A stretch of 64,000 nucleotides of DNA from Naegleria gruberi (Eukaryota), in assembly GCA_000004985.1 (NCBI GenBank), contig GG738852.1; one strand, written 5' to 3'. The stretch's first letter is position 1. Every line of letters starts with the position of its first letter. A program made the translations under genes and the position numbers. Below are positions 9,356 to 21,885 of the stretch, piece by piece. Below the pieces are notes generated by a model. That model did no database searches and was not told where the DNA came from. It worked only from the letters and a program-made list of their open reading frames with translations.

Positions 9356-12300
9356 TTACTTCTTAATGGTCACTTCACTGGCTGCACATGGAGAGAATTT
9401 AATGTAAACTTCACCCATGGCTGGAGTGGCAAGAGCAGAATCTTTCTTACTGCCAATTAATTTACCTTCCTTGGCTTTCCAATATTCAGCTTCTCTGAGG
9501 ATAAATCTTCTCTCACGTCCAATATTGTGTAAACGAAGGAGGTCTCCAACTTTGACTCTGAATTCACCCATATATTGATCTCTTGTCTTTTGATAGTCCA
9601 TACATTTGACAATTAAATAATCTTCATAATCAAAGATGTGAATAGTATGTGGTTCATGCCAATCAGGATTGACAGTTCTATTGACAATCTTGGTTCTAAC
9701 CTTTTGTTTCTTAGAACCCTTTCTGGTATTCTTTTCATTCAATTTAACTCTGAGGTAAGGATCTGCTGAGCCATGGTCAACCGGTAATAAATTTCTACCT
9801 CTGGAAACTTCCATTTTGAGACCTTCAGGTTTTGGTGCAATATATTTTGGAATGAGATTTACAATATTCTTTTCACCACATCCAACAATCTTCCATCCAC
9901 CCTTGTATAATTCAATGACACACATTGTTACAATAATGTCATTATCACTTTCATCAGCACTATCGTAACCATCCTCATTGACTTCATACTTTTCTTCCTT
10001 CTTAGTATACTTGTCAAGGAAAACACTTCCTGCAGTTTGAACACGAATAATTTCTTGACCTGTTCTCATGCCAACAACACGGCAGTAAACTTGTGAATTT
10101 TCATTGAGGACACTTCTTGATTTGACTTCAATATTTGCAACAATGTATTTGACATTGGAGCTTTCAACAAGATCACGAACACGAACGTCGAATTGTTCTT
10201 CATCATCTTGAGTATAGATGGTTAAAAAGTTAATTGGACGATGCTTGAGTTTGGCATCCATATCACTATATCCATCAAAGACTTTACCAATATATCTTCC
10301 AAAGTGATCATAGAGTTCAACTTCTGCATTGAGAATATGCTTCTGACCACCATTACCAACTACACCGAAACCAAGAACCAAATCTCTCTTATCCTTGACA
10401 AAGTCCTTTGAAACTGAAGTTGTTTCCTTTGCTGGAACTCTGAAAATATCATTAGATGGTTCACTGATATCAAATTGGCACTTTTGCAAGATGGATCTCA
10501 AATATTTACGAGCTGGTGATTGGAATTCTATGATTTCATCCAAAACTTCAATGAACCATTCGTCTCTTTGACCTCCACGATAAGCAATGACAGCCAAATT
10601 GGCATGTTGATGACAATTGAATACTTCCAAAGCATCTGTTGAACCATCAACATTGTAAACATTTCTCATTTTGGCAATACACATGTCAACCTTTTCGTCA
10701 ACATTCCACAATCTGAATGCATTGATTTGCTTTTCAGGAATGAGTGAATAATCCAAACCTTCCTCTTCTTCATTTCCAGAAATATCCTTGAATTTCAACA
10801 AGAAGCACATAAAGTATGGAGCATGAGGTTCCTTGCTATAGTTCAAATCAACACGGTGGAATGAGGACAAACTTTGCAACATTTGATCTTGTCTTGGAAG
10901 TTCATGTTCTTCATCCTCATCTTCTTCTTTGAGAACAAATGAACCAGTCATTTGAATATCACTGTTAGAGTCATTCTTTTTTGAAAGGGCAAGTTTTCTC
11001 TTTCTCAAATCATTTTCTTCATTGACCATGATTGGCTTAGCTCCTGTTAAGAGTTTACCATATTGTGAGAATTCTAACACTTGGAGAGCATCTAAGTTCT
11101 TTACAGTTGAAAAATCGAATCCAACAGTTCTGACTTCTTGCTTTGAGATACGGAAACAACGTGGTTTTTCTTTCTTTTCTTCTGACTTTTCTTCCACAAC
11201 AATCAAATCCAAGTCATCACCAACAGAAACAACTTCTTCAACATTTTCCTTCTTTTCTTGAGGCTTTTCAGCATCACTGGCCTTGTCTTGTTCTGCTAAC
11301 AACTTTTCTGCCTCTCTTTCACGTTCTTCTTCCTCAATTTCTGCCTGTGTTGTCAATTCAATACAAGGAGGTAAATCAATTGTGGTAACATAGGATTGAA
11401 TTTGAGCTTTCAACTTTGGATCGATAAGTGGATGGACACCATATGAATATTCGCCAATATTGCTAATCTTCCATTTGGTAAGTCCAATAAATGATCCAGA
11501 AGATACCATCGAGTTGATTTGATTCTTCTTTGAGGTAAAGTTAATTCCTGAAGATTCATTTGGATTTCTCAAACAAGTCAACTTGCAAGCAATGAAACTT
11601 TGGTGAGCCTTATCAGCAGTGTTCAATTGATATCTGTACAAGTCACCAACTGATGGAGTGGAAATCTTAACAAATGGATCTTTGAGTTCTTGGAAGCCAG
11701 AATCTTGAGCATTGGAAGAAGCAGTCACAACAACCATGATGGAGTGGACAGATTTTGGAAGACGACTCAAATCAATTTCTGCACACAAATCATTTTCCTT
11801 TCCAGACTCGAAGAGATTGTCCTTGTAGAATACAGCTGCAGGAGTTGGTTTGATGGCATGTGAAGAGGTTGACAAGTTATTACTTGAAGCTGTGTTAGAT
11901 GTGGCATTTCTAGGAGAATTGTTTCCAACACTTGGCTTATCGTTAGCAATTGATGAGCTTGAATTTCCAGCAGTAGAAGCTGTATTGGTATGATTTTCAA
12001 TTCTAGCAAGTGAGAGCTTTGGTGTGTATTGATCAATGTGACCAAGACGAGTTCCATATTTACCAAAGAATAGTACTGTAGTTGTTAAATAATATCTAGA
12101 GTATGATCTTCCTGAAAGGGCTTGCCATCCAATGAAAATCTTGACACGATCCTCATTGAAAGTGTAGCTCTTTTGCATGGAAATTTGTGATGCAATGGAT
12201 GGCTTTTCACTTTCCTTCTTTTCATTTTCATCGTAAGGATTTACATCCTTCTTGGCATTGATTTCTTGAAGGAGAGCTTCATCTTTCAAGGTTGGAATGA

Positions 12301-13654
12301 ATGGTGGTTTTTCAGCACTCACTTGAACAGATGACAAATATTTGTGAACCTCTTCAACAATCAATTGATCGATCAAAATCGATCCAGTCAATTCAGAATA
12401 GACACGAACAATATATTCTTCATCATCATCATGATCATCATCTTTGAGTAAATTAGCAATGGCCATATTTTCCTTATTCAAATTCTTCTTTTCCTCCTGA
12501 CGAAGGTGAATAATATAAGTTAAACGATTCTTCATGGAAATGAAAATATTCTCTGGCAATACATCCTTACACATGGCATACATGAAAGCATCAATAAATC
12601 TCTCATTGTGTCCAATATCTACTTGTTTTGAGACAATTTGCCAATAATAACTTGAATTTACACTTGCAGATGTTTCATCTTCTTGGGTAGTTTCATCATT
12701 TTCTTGTTCTGCTGGTTTCAAGTGACTGGAATTTCCAGGACTTTGTGAAATTGATGAATTATCCATAGCTGATCCTTCATCATCGTCATCATCCTTATTG
12801 GTATTCTCTTTTTCCTTTCCAGGTACCACAGATGTTGAAATAACTTCAGCATCTCCTCCTCTCAATTGAATAATTGCAAAAACTTGACCACTGACATCTC
12901 TTTGATTATCAAGTTTTGAAGAAATGGCAAGTTTCAATTCTTGATCATTAACATATTGATACAAATTACAACTAGCAAATGACAGTTCCGATAAAACTGT
13001 TCCAGCATAACAAGAAGCAAGGAAAACAATACAACGAACTTCTTGATCAACTTGTGAAAGATCCAATTCAATATATTCATTGCTATCAGAAATAGCTTTT
13101 TCAAGAGGAATTGTGTCATCTTTCAATTGTTCCTTCCTATTGTTGTTTTGATTAATATAGTTCAATTAGTTTTGTTATTATTTTAGAATAATAATATTGT
13201 AATTTGTTATATGAACATGTTAATATCTAAATAAACATAAGAAGAATACATACATTCTATTAGAATCTAGATTTTTAAATCCATTTCTATCATCACCACT
13301 ATGTTTTAATCCCTTCACTTGATCCAAGTTATTGAAAAAACAAACATCATGAATACCACCATATTTGTTTAAAAGAATGGCAACTAAATCAACATCGTGT
13401 GTTAGTGTAGATTTTGATTTCCATTGTAAAGTTGCTATAAATCGTGTATTAGAAATATTGGATGTGGCTAATGATGGACTTGTTGATGATTCCGTATTTT
13501 GTTGTGGATTGATTGGTGGTAAATTAAAGACAAAATTATGACTGTTTTTAAAGGGAAAAGTTGAGAATGTTGTAGGATTTGTTGTGCTGTGGGTGATGGA
13601 AAGAGGTGAATTTGGAGGTGAGAGAGCAGCAGCAAGTTTGGTTTTATTTAACAT
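9356..13654 (-). CDS. Large (about 1393 aa) protein with two N-terminal TerD-like domains and a C-terminal C2 domain; 2 exons
   Basis: Model: join(13654..13254, 13136..9356). Exon 1 contains a TerD-like segment (...THDVDLVAILLNKYGGIHDVCFFNNLDQVKGLKHSGDDRNG...). The intron is 117 nt (GTATGTA...AATAG) and the junction is in-frame (...DSNR|M KEQLKDD...). The large exon begins with a second TerD-like segment (...DQEVRCIVFLASCYAGT...VFAIIQLRGG...) and ends with a C2 domain (...GSADPYLRVKL...VNPDWHEPHTIHIFDYEDYLIVKCMD...). Total CDS is 4182 nt, divisible by 3. Confidence 0.6.
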
Positions 13655-14067
13655 TTTTTTATGATTGTTTATTGAAGAACGTTGATGGATGACATGACAA
13701 GTTTTTATCTACAGTTTGATTTTTCTTAAATCTTCTGATTGAAACTTTCCTTAAAACTTATTTCTCCCTAACAAACGTTTTTTCAAAATTATCATCACTT
13801 CAAGGTAACAACAACAATTTTCAAACTACAATTTTGGCGGTCAAATTCATTTCTTATTATTCGTTGAGCAAAAATCAAAAGAAGAGAGAACTGCTTTTGC
13901 TATCTATTTTCATAACTTGGAAAACTTTCAAAAAATTAAAAGAAAAAATTTAATGCTTCTTGTGTTGGATAACAGTGTTGCAGCGGTTCGATAGTAAGAA
14001 GAAGACTTGAACACAATTCTCTCTCTTGTTATCACTTACAACATTTAATTCTTTTTCTCTCTACAAA

Positions 14068-17000
14068 ATGCCTCCTAATCAAAGTAGTAGCAGCTCTAGT
14101 AACAGTCCCTATATGATACCTCCTCATTTAGCTACGCCCTCTCATCATCATGAAAGACATTCATCAGAGTATTCGGAAGAGTCAACCATTTTGACTACAC
14201 GAGGAGATAATCATTTTAGAAATAATTCTCAACCTGCATCATTTACTACAAATAATTTGGCATCTAGATCAAAATCTAATCCACCTGTAGGAACCAAAAT
14301 ATATGGACAAGGAATGCCAATACCTTTTGGAGTCCTTGATAGTTATACACCACCTCCTTTGAAATCTAGTAATAGTACTTCAAATGTAAATACAAAATCA
14401 CCATCCATCCCTCCTTCATCTCCATCAACAATAGGAAAAAACAAAAAAGAAGAAATACAAATTAATAATACATCGGAATGGTTTACATTGACAACACAGA
14501 ATCATGATTCTTTATTTCCTCTGGAAGGTCATCAAATTTTCTACTGGGAACAATGTTTGGAGGATGAAGATGATTTGACGAGTAGTGTTGAATCGACATC
14601 AATTTTCAATAGGTCACTCAACATGATTGTATTATTTGGAGGAACAGGTCCTATTCGTGGTAATACTAATCAAATATATTGTATGGTACAAAAACATTCG
14701 AGTATCAATTCAAAGCCAACTACTAATATTTCAAATTCTCAAAGTTGTTCACACCAATGGATTCCAGTCCCAAGTCATTATATTCCAAATTATTTTCCAC
14801 CTTCTCTCACTAGTGCCAGTAGTAATGATATTGAGAAATTAGAAAGAAAATCCTCCAAATCTAATATTTTGAGTAATTCTAACCAAGGTGCATCATCTCC
14901 AAGACGTTCATCATTCGAATTATCTTCAATTGCAGAGGATGGATCAACTGAAATACCACTCTACAAATCAAGATATGACCACTCATTAGTATTATGTGGA
15001 AATAATAAGGCTTACCTGTTTGGTGGAAGAAATGGCATGTTCACCAAGACTCCACTTCAAGACTTTATTCTCTACTCTCTTGATATGGATATTTCCAATC
15101 AATTCACATGGGAGATGGCCCACATCCCACCAAAGAATGATAGAGACCCATCAATATTGAAACAATCTCAAAGAGGGTTGGACGATTTATACAACAGAGA
15201 GTCACCAATTCCAAGATATGGACATTCATGTTGTGCTGTAAATCAAAAACAATCGGTACTCCAACGATCTAATAGTACTAACACAGGAAGCTCTCAAGCT
15301 ATCATAGAATTGAATTCTGAATCTGATACACTCTCTGATTTATCTATTGGAGGTTTAAATAACAATTTTGAAAGCAATTCTTCAAGTGCCAGTACTGGGT
15401 CAACCAGATTTAACACTGATGGAGGTGTTGTTTTAGATTGTGCAATGCTTCTCTTTGGAGGAGTAGCATTCACAGATTATTCTGGCTCTAAAAAATGTAA
15501 AGAAACTAACGATTTTTGGATGTTTAATTGTAAGGAACGAAAATGGCTTTCTTATCCAAGCATTATTCAGAGATACTTTAAAAATTCTTCTAGCATTTTA
15601 CAATTCAAAACTGATGACAAGTATATGCAAGAAATTTCTCTCTCCTCTTCAGCAAGTGGAACAAGCTCTTCCAATAGCGAGAGTAGAAAACAAACCAAAA
15701 AACCAGCAAACAATAATATTATTTCAATCCACAGCTCATTCGTACCAGAGGCCAGGTATGGCCATCAGATGTGTGTTGTATCCAACTCGTTGATTTTCGT
15801 AATTGGTGGAGCGACACTAAATAAGGACGCCATGTACAAAGATGTTTGGGTTCTTTCGCTTAGTACTTTCGAATGGAGAAAGGTAAATTTGCTTCACAAT
15901 AAGAATAATGAACAGTTTATCAATAAGATACCTATTCGTTACGCTTCTCACGTAGTTGTTGGTAGAAGAATATTACTCTATGGAGGACAGTTATCATACA
16001 AAACTGGTGATTATCTGACAGAGCTTCTTTGTTTTGATACTGAAACCTATAGATTTTCAATAATTGAAAACAGTATTTCTCCAAAATTTGATACTGGCCT
16101 TGTAAAGGCAACTATGATTCTTTACGGAATTGATCTTTTAATTATTGGAGGTAAAAGAGGTGTTAGCTCATATAGATATAACGATAGTGTTCAGGCATTC
16201 TCTTTCAAATTGCATTCCATATCCAAAACTAATCAAAAATTTATTAGAGAAAACACTAAAATGAAAAAATCTAATCAAATTCTGACTCCTAACGAAATTA
16301 CATTTGAGATACCTACATTTGGAGATGAAGATGATGAGTTTGATATTGCTAATTCTGTTAAAATTGATTTAATATCTCAAATTCTATTAAGTGAAATGTC
16401 AAGCAGTGATTTCTCAAGAAAAGAGGCTCTTAAATACCTTTCAGAAGTGAAGCAAATAGATATTGTAAAACAATTATTTAGAAACAATTCCATTCACAAA
16501 GCTCTATCGATAATTATGCAATCGGGATCCAAGTCTGATATCAGACAGACTGCCAAAGTTTTAATCAGATACTTTAAAGATACTGACCAAGGTACACTAC
16601 CATTTATCATTGCTCGACAAGTACTAAAATTCATTGAAAGCTATTTGACCTTGATTAACACCCTTATCAAACTTCGAGAACCAATCAGCCAAACATTACA
16701 TTTAGATTATCTTAATTTATTCCACTTAATGTGTCAAAATTTTGAATATTATGAATCTCTATCAAAGGAGCTCATTTCAGTGTTTCAACAATGTTTCAAG
16801 TTGAGTGATCCATTATCAAAGGCATCCCTAGATATTTTACAACTAGCCGTTTCATCTGTTGAGTTCTTATCACTTAATGCAATGCATTTCGCATCAAAGT
16901 GTGATAAGGAAACAAGTATAATATTTAGAGATTTTATAACTCTTTGCAACGAGGCTAAATCCAAGACAGCTAAAAACTTGGAAGATAATCCAATAGAAAT

Positions 17001-17142
17001 GCAAGGATCTATCCTTAAGCTTGATGAATTGGTAAACAAACTTCGCCAATCCCTCTTCAGACTTTCATCAAGAAGCAAACCAATCAAAAAATACCTTGGA
17101 AAATTACTGAAACGAAGTGAAGAAGATGATGATGATATGTAA
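14068..17142 (+). CDS. Kelch-repeat protein with an alpha-helical (ARM/HEAT-like) C-terminal region; single exon, about 1024 aa
   Basis: Repeated Kelch signatures (...SRYDHSLVLCGNNKAYLFGGRNG..., PRYGHSCCAV, ARYGHQMCVVSNSLIFVIGGA...WVLSLSTFEWRKV, RYASHVVVGRRILLYGGQ). First ATG at 14068 (MPPNQSS...); S/N/T-rich N-terminus. Confidence 0.75.
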   Translation: MPPNQSSSSSSNSPYMIPPHLATPSHHHERHSSEYSEESTILTTRGDNHFRNNSQPASFTTNNLASRSKSNPPVGTKIYGQGMPIPFGVLDSYTPPPLKSSNSTSNVNTKSPSIPPSSPSTIGKNKKEEIQINNTSEWFTLTTQNHDSLFPLEGHQIFYWEQCLEDEDDLTSSVESTSIFNRSLNMIVLFGGTGPIRGNTNQIYCMVQKHSSINSKPTTNISNSQSCSHQWIPVPSHYIPNYFPPSLTSASSNDIEKLERKSSKSNILSNSNQGASSPRRSSFELSSIAEDGSTEIPLYKSRYDHSLVLCGNNKAYLFGGRNGMFTKTPLQDFILYSLDMDISNQFTWEMAHIPPKNDRDPSILKQSQRGLDDLYNRESPIPRYGHSCCAVNQKQSVLQRSNSTNTGSSQAIIELNSESDTLSDLSIGGLNNNFESNSSSASTGSTRFNTDGGVVLDCAMLLFGGVAFTDYSGSKKCKETNDFWMFNCKERKWLSYPSIIQRYFKNSSSILQFKTDDKYMQEISLSSSASGTSSSNSESRKQTKKPANNNIISIHSSFVPEARYGHQMCVVSNSLIFVIGGATLNKDAMYKDVWVLSLSTFEWRKVNLLHNKNNEQFINKIPIRYASHVVVGRRILLYGGQLSYKTGDYLTELLCFDTETYRFSIIENSISPKFDTGLVKATMILYGIDLLIIGGKRGVSSYRYNDSVQAFSFKLHSISKTNQKFIRENTKMKKSNQILTPNEITFEIPTFGDEDDEFDIANSVKIDLISQILLSEMSSSDFSRKEALKYLSEVKQIDIVKQLFRNNSIHKALSIIMQSGSKSDIRQTAKVLIRYFKDTDQGTLPFIIARQVLKFIESYLTLINTLIKLREPISQTLHLDYLNLFHLMCQNFEYYESLSKELISVFQQCFKLSDPLSKASLDILQLAVSSVEFLSLNAMHFASKCDKETSIIFRDFITLCNEAKSKTAKNLEDNPIEMQGSILKLDELVNKLRQSLFRLSSRSKPIKKYLGKLLKRSEEDDDDM

Positions 17143-17639
17143 CAATAATTCATAAATGAAAGTAATAATCTGAGTAGATTGGGTATTATGTTTTTTTCTG
17201 GGACAATCATCAATTATCATTGGCCAATTAGAAGACATGTCAATTTACACATTGACATTTAAAAATTAATTATAGCAAGTCTTTTGCCATCGTATCGCTT
17301 ACCAAATATATATCTGTATGTACATTGCTGGTTGAGTTGACTTACTGAGCAACACCATAACATATCAGCTGGAATAGTTCATTTAACTACAGTACAAACG
17401 TTTCTAATAATGCTTTACATACCAACACTAGTCATTTCCCTCCATATTTAAAAACCCTTTCGTTATCTAAATGATCGGCAGCACTAAGGTGTCAGTGGCT
17501 TGTATTAGAACAAATAAGCTGTAGCCTTCCAAATATTAACAAGAAAACCCGACATATTATTTGAACGTTAAAGTGCACTCACCATCTATCGATTATGCCA
17601 CAAGCTGCATTGCAACATTATTAAAAAAACAATTTAAAG

Positions 17640-18938
17640 ATGTTCGACACCTCGGTACTAGAAGAACCAATAGATCTCTACTCAATATTGATGCTCCAGC
17701 AAAGCAATACCACCACTACCAACTCAACCACAACAAATTCTACCGTTACGCATGCTAGCATCGCAGCAACTTTCCCACAAATGATGGAGAATGCTCTCTC
17801 AATCTCCAATTCAATCTTGTACATTATCATCTACTCTATTCTCATGGCTATCATGACTGGTTTCCTCATCAAATACAAGCAAGACATGAAGAGAAACCAG
17901 AAAATTCTCTATGGTCTTGTCTTTTTATGTATTCTCACACAATATTTTGGTTTAATTTTCAGATTAGTTTACAATGGTGAAGCCCTATGGATGAACATGA
18001 CATTTCCTGATTATTCGAAATCATTGACCCAAATCAACTACTACAAGACTGTTCTCTATGTATTTTCATTCCTTGAAAATTTGTTTGTTGTCTTTCAGAC
18101 TGTTAATATTATCATTGTGATTTGTTTTATGCAGAACTTGTTGTAAGTATTTTCTGATATGATTATTTAAACATTACATCATGTTAGTTTGAATACTGTC
18201 AAATTGTCAGGTGCTATGACCAATGGAGTTTATAAAGGGTTGAAGTGGACTATTAACATTGTGAGCTTACTTTGTGCTGTCATCATGAGTATTATGGTCA
18301 TTTTGAATAGTGCCATTGGATTAATATCTAAAATGCAGGTTGCCAACTTGAATACCCTTCCAATTATTGTTACCATCTTTTTAATTTTCCTAGCAACTGT
18401 CATTGTTGAAACTGTATTGTTCCTTGCCTTGGGTATTCGTTTATTGTTAGTTGTGAGAAAGAACAGTCTCAATATTTCACAAGCTAAGGACAAGATTTCA
18501 TTCCTTCAAAGACCTGAAGTCAGAATTAGTGGATTAATTATTGGAATGTTAGTCAGTGCCTATATCCAAGTATTGGCAGCTGTTGTATCTGTTTTCACTA
18601 CTTCCTATGCCTCCTATTTGCACATTTTTGATTACTTTTTACAAGCTTTTGGTATTCTAGTTTTTGCAGTATTCGTCTTGCTTCTCTACAATCCATTGGT
18701 TTCGTATAGTGTTTCCTCTAAATCTTCAACATCAAGCCAAGCTCTCGATGATGTCAAGACCCACAGTGAAAGAACTGACTCTGCACACAACAGAAGACTC
18801 TCCTCTGCTCGAAGTGCCATCAACAAACAAACCAGTAATTTGAGTGATGCCTATGAGAAGGTACTTTCTCCTTCCACAACTACATCTACTTCGGTCTCTT
18901 CTCCCATCGGAAACAATGATTCTTTCACTAAGGTGTAA
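17640..18938 (+). CDS. Seven-transmembrane receptor-like protein (paralog A), 417 aa; 2 exons
   Basis: Model: join(17640..18142, 18188..18938). Intron 18143..18187 (45 nt, GTAAGT...TTAG), phase 2. Seven hydrophobic helices, an N-glycosylated Thr/Asn-rich N-terminus and an S/T-rich C-terminal tail. Confidence 0.7.
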
Positions 18939-19159
18939 ATAAACCCACAACAACAGATTCAATTTTTACACCTTTTAAAAGACCGTTCGTTATGTGGTTT
19001 TATGGCGTACAATTTACAAATGAAATCCAAGTCAAATTGCCAAACAGAGAAATTTACAAAACCAAACAGAGATATGAGTGAGGGTTTCTAAATCCCTACC
19101 CATCAATAACAATGTTGAAAGATGGCAACAACAAGATTCAAAAAAAAAGTTAAGAACAA

Positions 19160-20491
19160 ATGTTTTGGGACAATCGACATCATTTTCACACTTTCAATAG
19201 TGGTTCTCTGCAAACATCATCAACAACAACACTTCTCTCCACAACAGCAACATCAACAACAAATACTTCATCAACAAACACAACAACAGATTACTCCAAA
19301 ATAATTCCTCAGCTGACAGAGAATGCATCGTCAATAGCAAATTCCATATTCTTTATTATTATTTATTCGATTCTGTTGGCATGTATTTTGGCTTTTTATA
19401 TTAAATCGAGAAAGCAAATGAAGAGGAATCAGAAAATTCTCTTTCTATTGGTTGGAATTTGTATTATTGTGCAATATTTGGGTTTAGTTTGGAGATTAGT
19501 TTATAATGGAACAGGTCTACACATTAACATTAATTATTCTGACTATTCTGAAATTACCAATTTCGAAGAGTATTTAATTGTACTCTATGTTTCATCAACT
19601 TTTGAGAATGCACTCGTATTGAGTCAGGTGATTAATATTATTATTGTCACTTGCTTTATTCAGAACATGTTGTAAGTAATTTTGTGACACAAATTCCACA
19701 ATATTGACATTCACAGTTTGAGAACTGTTGAGAATGCTGGAGCTATGAGTAAGAAAGTCTACAAGATTTTGAAATATCTCATCAATATCGCTAGTATATT
19801 ATTTGCAGTACTTGTCACACCACTTATCATTCTCAATTCTTCCATTAATTTGGCAACCAAAATGCAAGTTGTGAAATTTGACGTTACACCAATCATTGTG
19901 GTTATTGTAGTCACATTTGTCTTGGTAATATTTGGAGAATTAACAATATTTATTACATTAGGAGCCAGATTATTGTACGTTGTAAAACAGAACTCTCTCA
20001 AAATATCACAAATGAAACATAGTGAACAAGCAACTTTGAAAGAGATTCTTCAAAGACCTTATTCGAAAATTGTTGGACTTATCCTTGGAATTTTATTGAG
20101 CTCACTGCTCCAATTTATTGCTGGAATTATTTCGTTTTTGACCTCAAACTATGCTTCATATTTACATATATTGGATTATTTCTTACAAGCTTTTGGAATT
20201 TTACTGTTTGCAGTTCTGGTCTTGCTTGTTTACAATCCATTGGTACTTTCACATAATAGTATTGGAAGCTCAACTGTGAATCCAAATGATGAGCCACCTT
20301 CTCAGATTTCCAGTGCCAGACTACCATCCTCAAAAAGAAAAACCATGAGTACAAAGAGTATGGAATTGAGACACTCACCAAAGAATCAAACTACAAGTCA
20401 ACATGAAAAGGAGGAACACATTGATGAAAGTGTCTCTACTCGCAATGATGGTGAGCAACCAATCTCCACTCCAGGTGAATCTCAAGTTTAA
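19160..20491 (+). CDS. Seven-transmembrane receptor-like protein (paralog B, tandem duplicate of paralog A), 428 aa; 2 exons
   Basis: Model: join(19160..19671, 19717..20491). Intron 19672..19716 (45 nt, GTAAGT...CACAG) at the identical position and phase as in paralog A. About 45-50% identity to paralog A across the TM core. Confidence 0.7.
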
Positions 20492-20621
20492 TACCAATTG
20501 GAATAAACCAGAGTGCACCAATTCCATCACAACAAAACCAACTTTCTAATAATGTGATTCTAAACAAACTAATCTCATAATCTCATTCAGTTGATCATTT
20601 AATTTGAATACACTAAAAAAA

Positions 20622-21863
20622 ATGCCTTGTTCCACTAATAACGATCCCAATGCGTTATTTTACGACTTGACTGATTCCTTCAGTGCAGAGAGACAATTAT
20701 TTACTCACTGCATTCAAAATGATGAAATTTTAAATAATCTCATAATGTTTTCCTCCATTGGACAAATTGTTCCGAATCTTTATATTGGATATGAACAGTC
20801 AGATCATACTAGATATCCAAAAGATGAAGATGATATTTATAATGATATTTTGGATATGGATGGTCTCAAGAGTATTCGAGTGAAATTGAAAAATGTCAAG
20901 TTGGTGCCTGATGATGGTTTAGTGGTGCGTTCTTGCAATGGCTATAGTACCATTCAATTTAATCCATTAGAAATACACGAAAAAGAATTGACAGAATTTG
21001 AATTTGAAAAGAAGGGAAAAGTCCCGATCATGATTGAATTCAAGAAGGAAAATACCCAAATTCATGCACTTAATCAAGATTTACTATGCTACTTGTTCCA
21101 GTTTGTTGACACTAAGAGTTTACTTGCAAATTACTCTCAAGTCTGTTCGAATTGGTTCAGAATGATCTATTTTGATAAATCAAATGCAATGAATTATCTA
21201 TTCGAGAATAGGACAGTTTCTTTCTTTGAGAAGAGAGGTGCAAGCTCTGAAACAATTCACACCTTGAAAAGATTGAACGAAAGATATCAACTAGATTGGT
21301 TGGAAACATACATGATGAGTGGAATGTTTCATTTTGAAATGGATGGAGAGGAAATTATGGACGAATTACAGACTCTGCTAGTATATTCTAGTGAGGAAAA
21401 ATCATTTTTCTACACTTCAATTATCTTGGATCCACTTCAATATTTAAGAGATGTTATAACAGAGGATCACATCTTGTTCGAGAAACTTTCCAAACATACT
21501 CGTAAAGTAGTTTCAGTTTCAAAGAATTGTATCAGTTCAGCCATTGATCAACATATTCTAAATGGATTTGTCTCCAATTTGGTTGGTTTGGACTCCACTG
21601 ATGATAATGTGTTATCAATTGTGGAGAGAATCTTACTCTCCCCATGCACAACCCCTCTCGCAAAAGATCAATTATCAATTGATATTAAAAAGTCAATCCC
21701 TTTCTACATTGACTTTTTAAGAGAATTGAGTGTTAAATTGCAACCTTTACTTGCCCAAACTCAATATATGCACACTAAATCACCCGAAAGAGCAGAGGCA
21801 ATATATTGGATTAATGCTTGTTTAATTCGAATGAGGGAAAAAGCTCATCATTTCCTTTGCTAA
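20622..21863 (+). CDS. F-box-like domain protein (hypothetical), about 413 aa
   Basis: F-box-like segment LNQDLLCYLFQFVDTKSLLANYSQVCSNWFRMIYF. First ATG at 20622. Ends at 21861-21863, then an open +1 frame begins (ORF 21886..22401). Confidence 0.5.
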   Translation: MPCSTNNDPNALFYDLTDSFSAERQLFTHCIQNDEILNNLIMFSSIGQIVPNLYIGYEQSDHTRYPKDEDDIYNDILDMDGLKSIRVKLKNVKLVPDDGLVVRSCNGYSTIQFNPLEIHEKELTEFEFEKKGKVPIMIEFKKENTQIHALNQDLLCYLFQFVDTKSLLANYSQVCSNWFRMIYFDKSNAMNYLFENRTVSFFEKRGASSETIHTLKRLNERYQLDWLETYMMSGMFHFEMDGEEIMDELQTLLVYSSEEKSFFYTSIILDPLQYLRDVITEDHILFEKLSKHTRKVVSVSKNCISSAIDQHILNGFVSNLVGLDSTDDNVLSIVERILLSPCTTPLAKDQLSIDIKKSIPFYIDFLRELSVKLQPLLAQTQYMHTKSPERAEAIYWINACLIRMREKAHHFLC

Positions 21864-21885
21864 TGAGTACAAACATACAAGTGGA

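Noticed and set aside
13220-13654. Stand-alone 144-aa TerD-like ORF
   Set aside because: Its C-terminal 10 residues (YVFFLCLFRY) are intron read-through. A GTATGTA donor at 13253 and an AATAG acceptor at 13137 join it in-frame to the 3.8-kb ORF, which itself starts with a TerD-like segment. Treated as exon 1 of the large gene, though a separate small gene cannot be fully excluded.
17150-17640. Searched the 490-bp spacer for an ncRNA (snRNA/snoRNA-like) because of local GC-richer segments and the small palindrome atgtcaat...attgacat
   Set aside because: No recognisable snRNA/snoRNA boxes or stable extended structure. Treated as promoter or UTR.
19122-19304. Poly-Q ORF (QQQHFSPQQQHQQQILHQQTQQQ)
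   Set aside because: It is a different frame of the Thr-rich N-terminus of 7TM paralog B (ACA/CAA repeats), not an independent gene.
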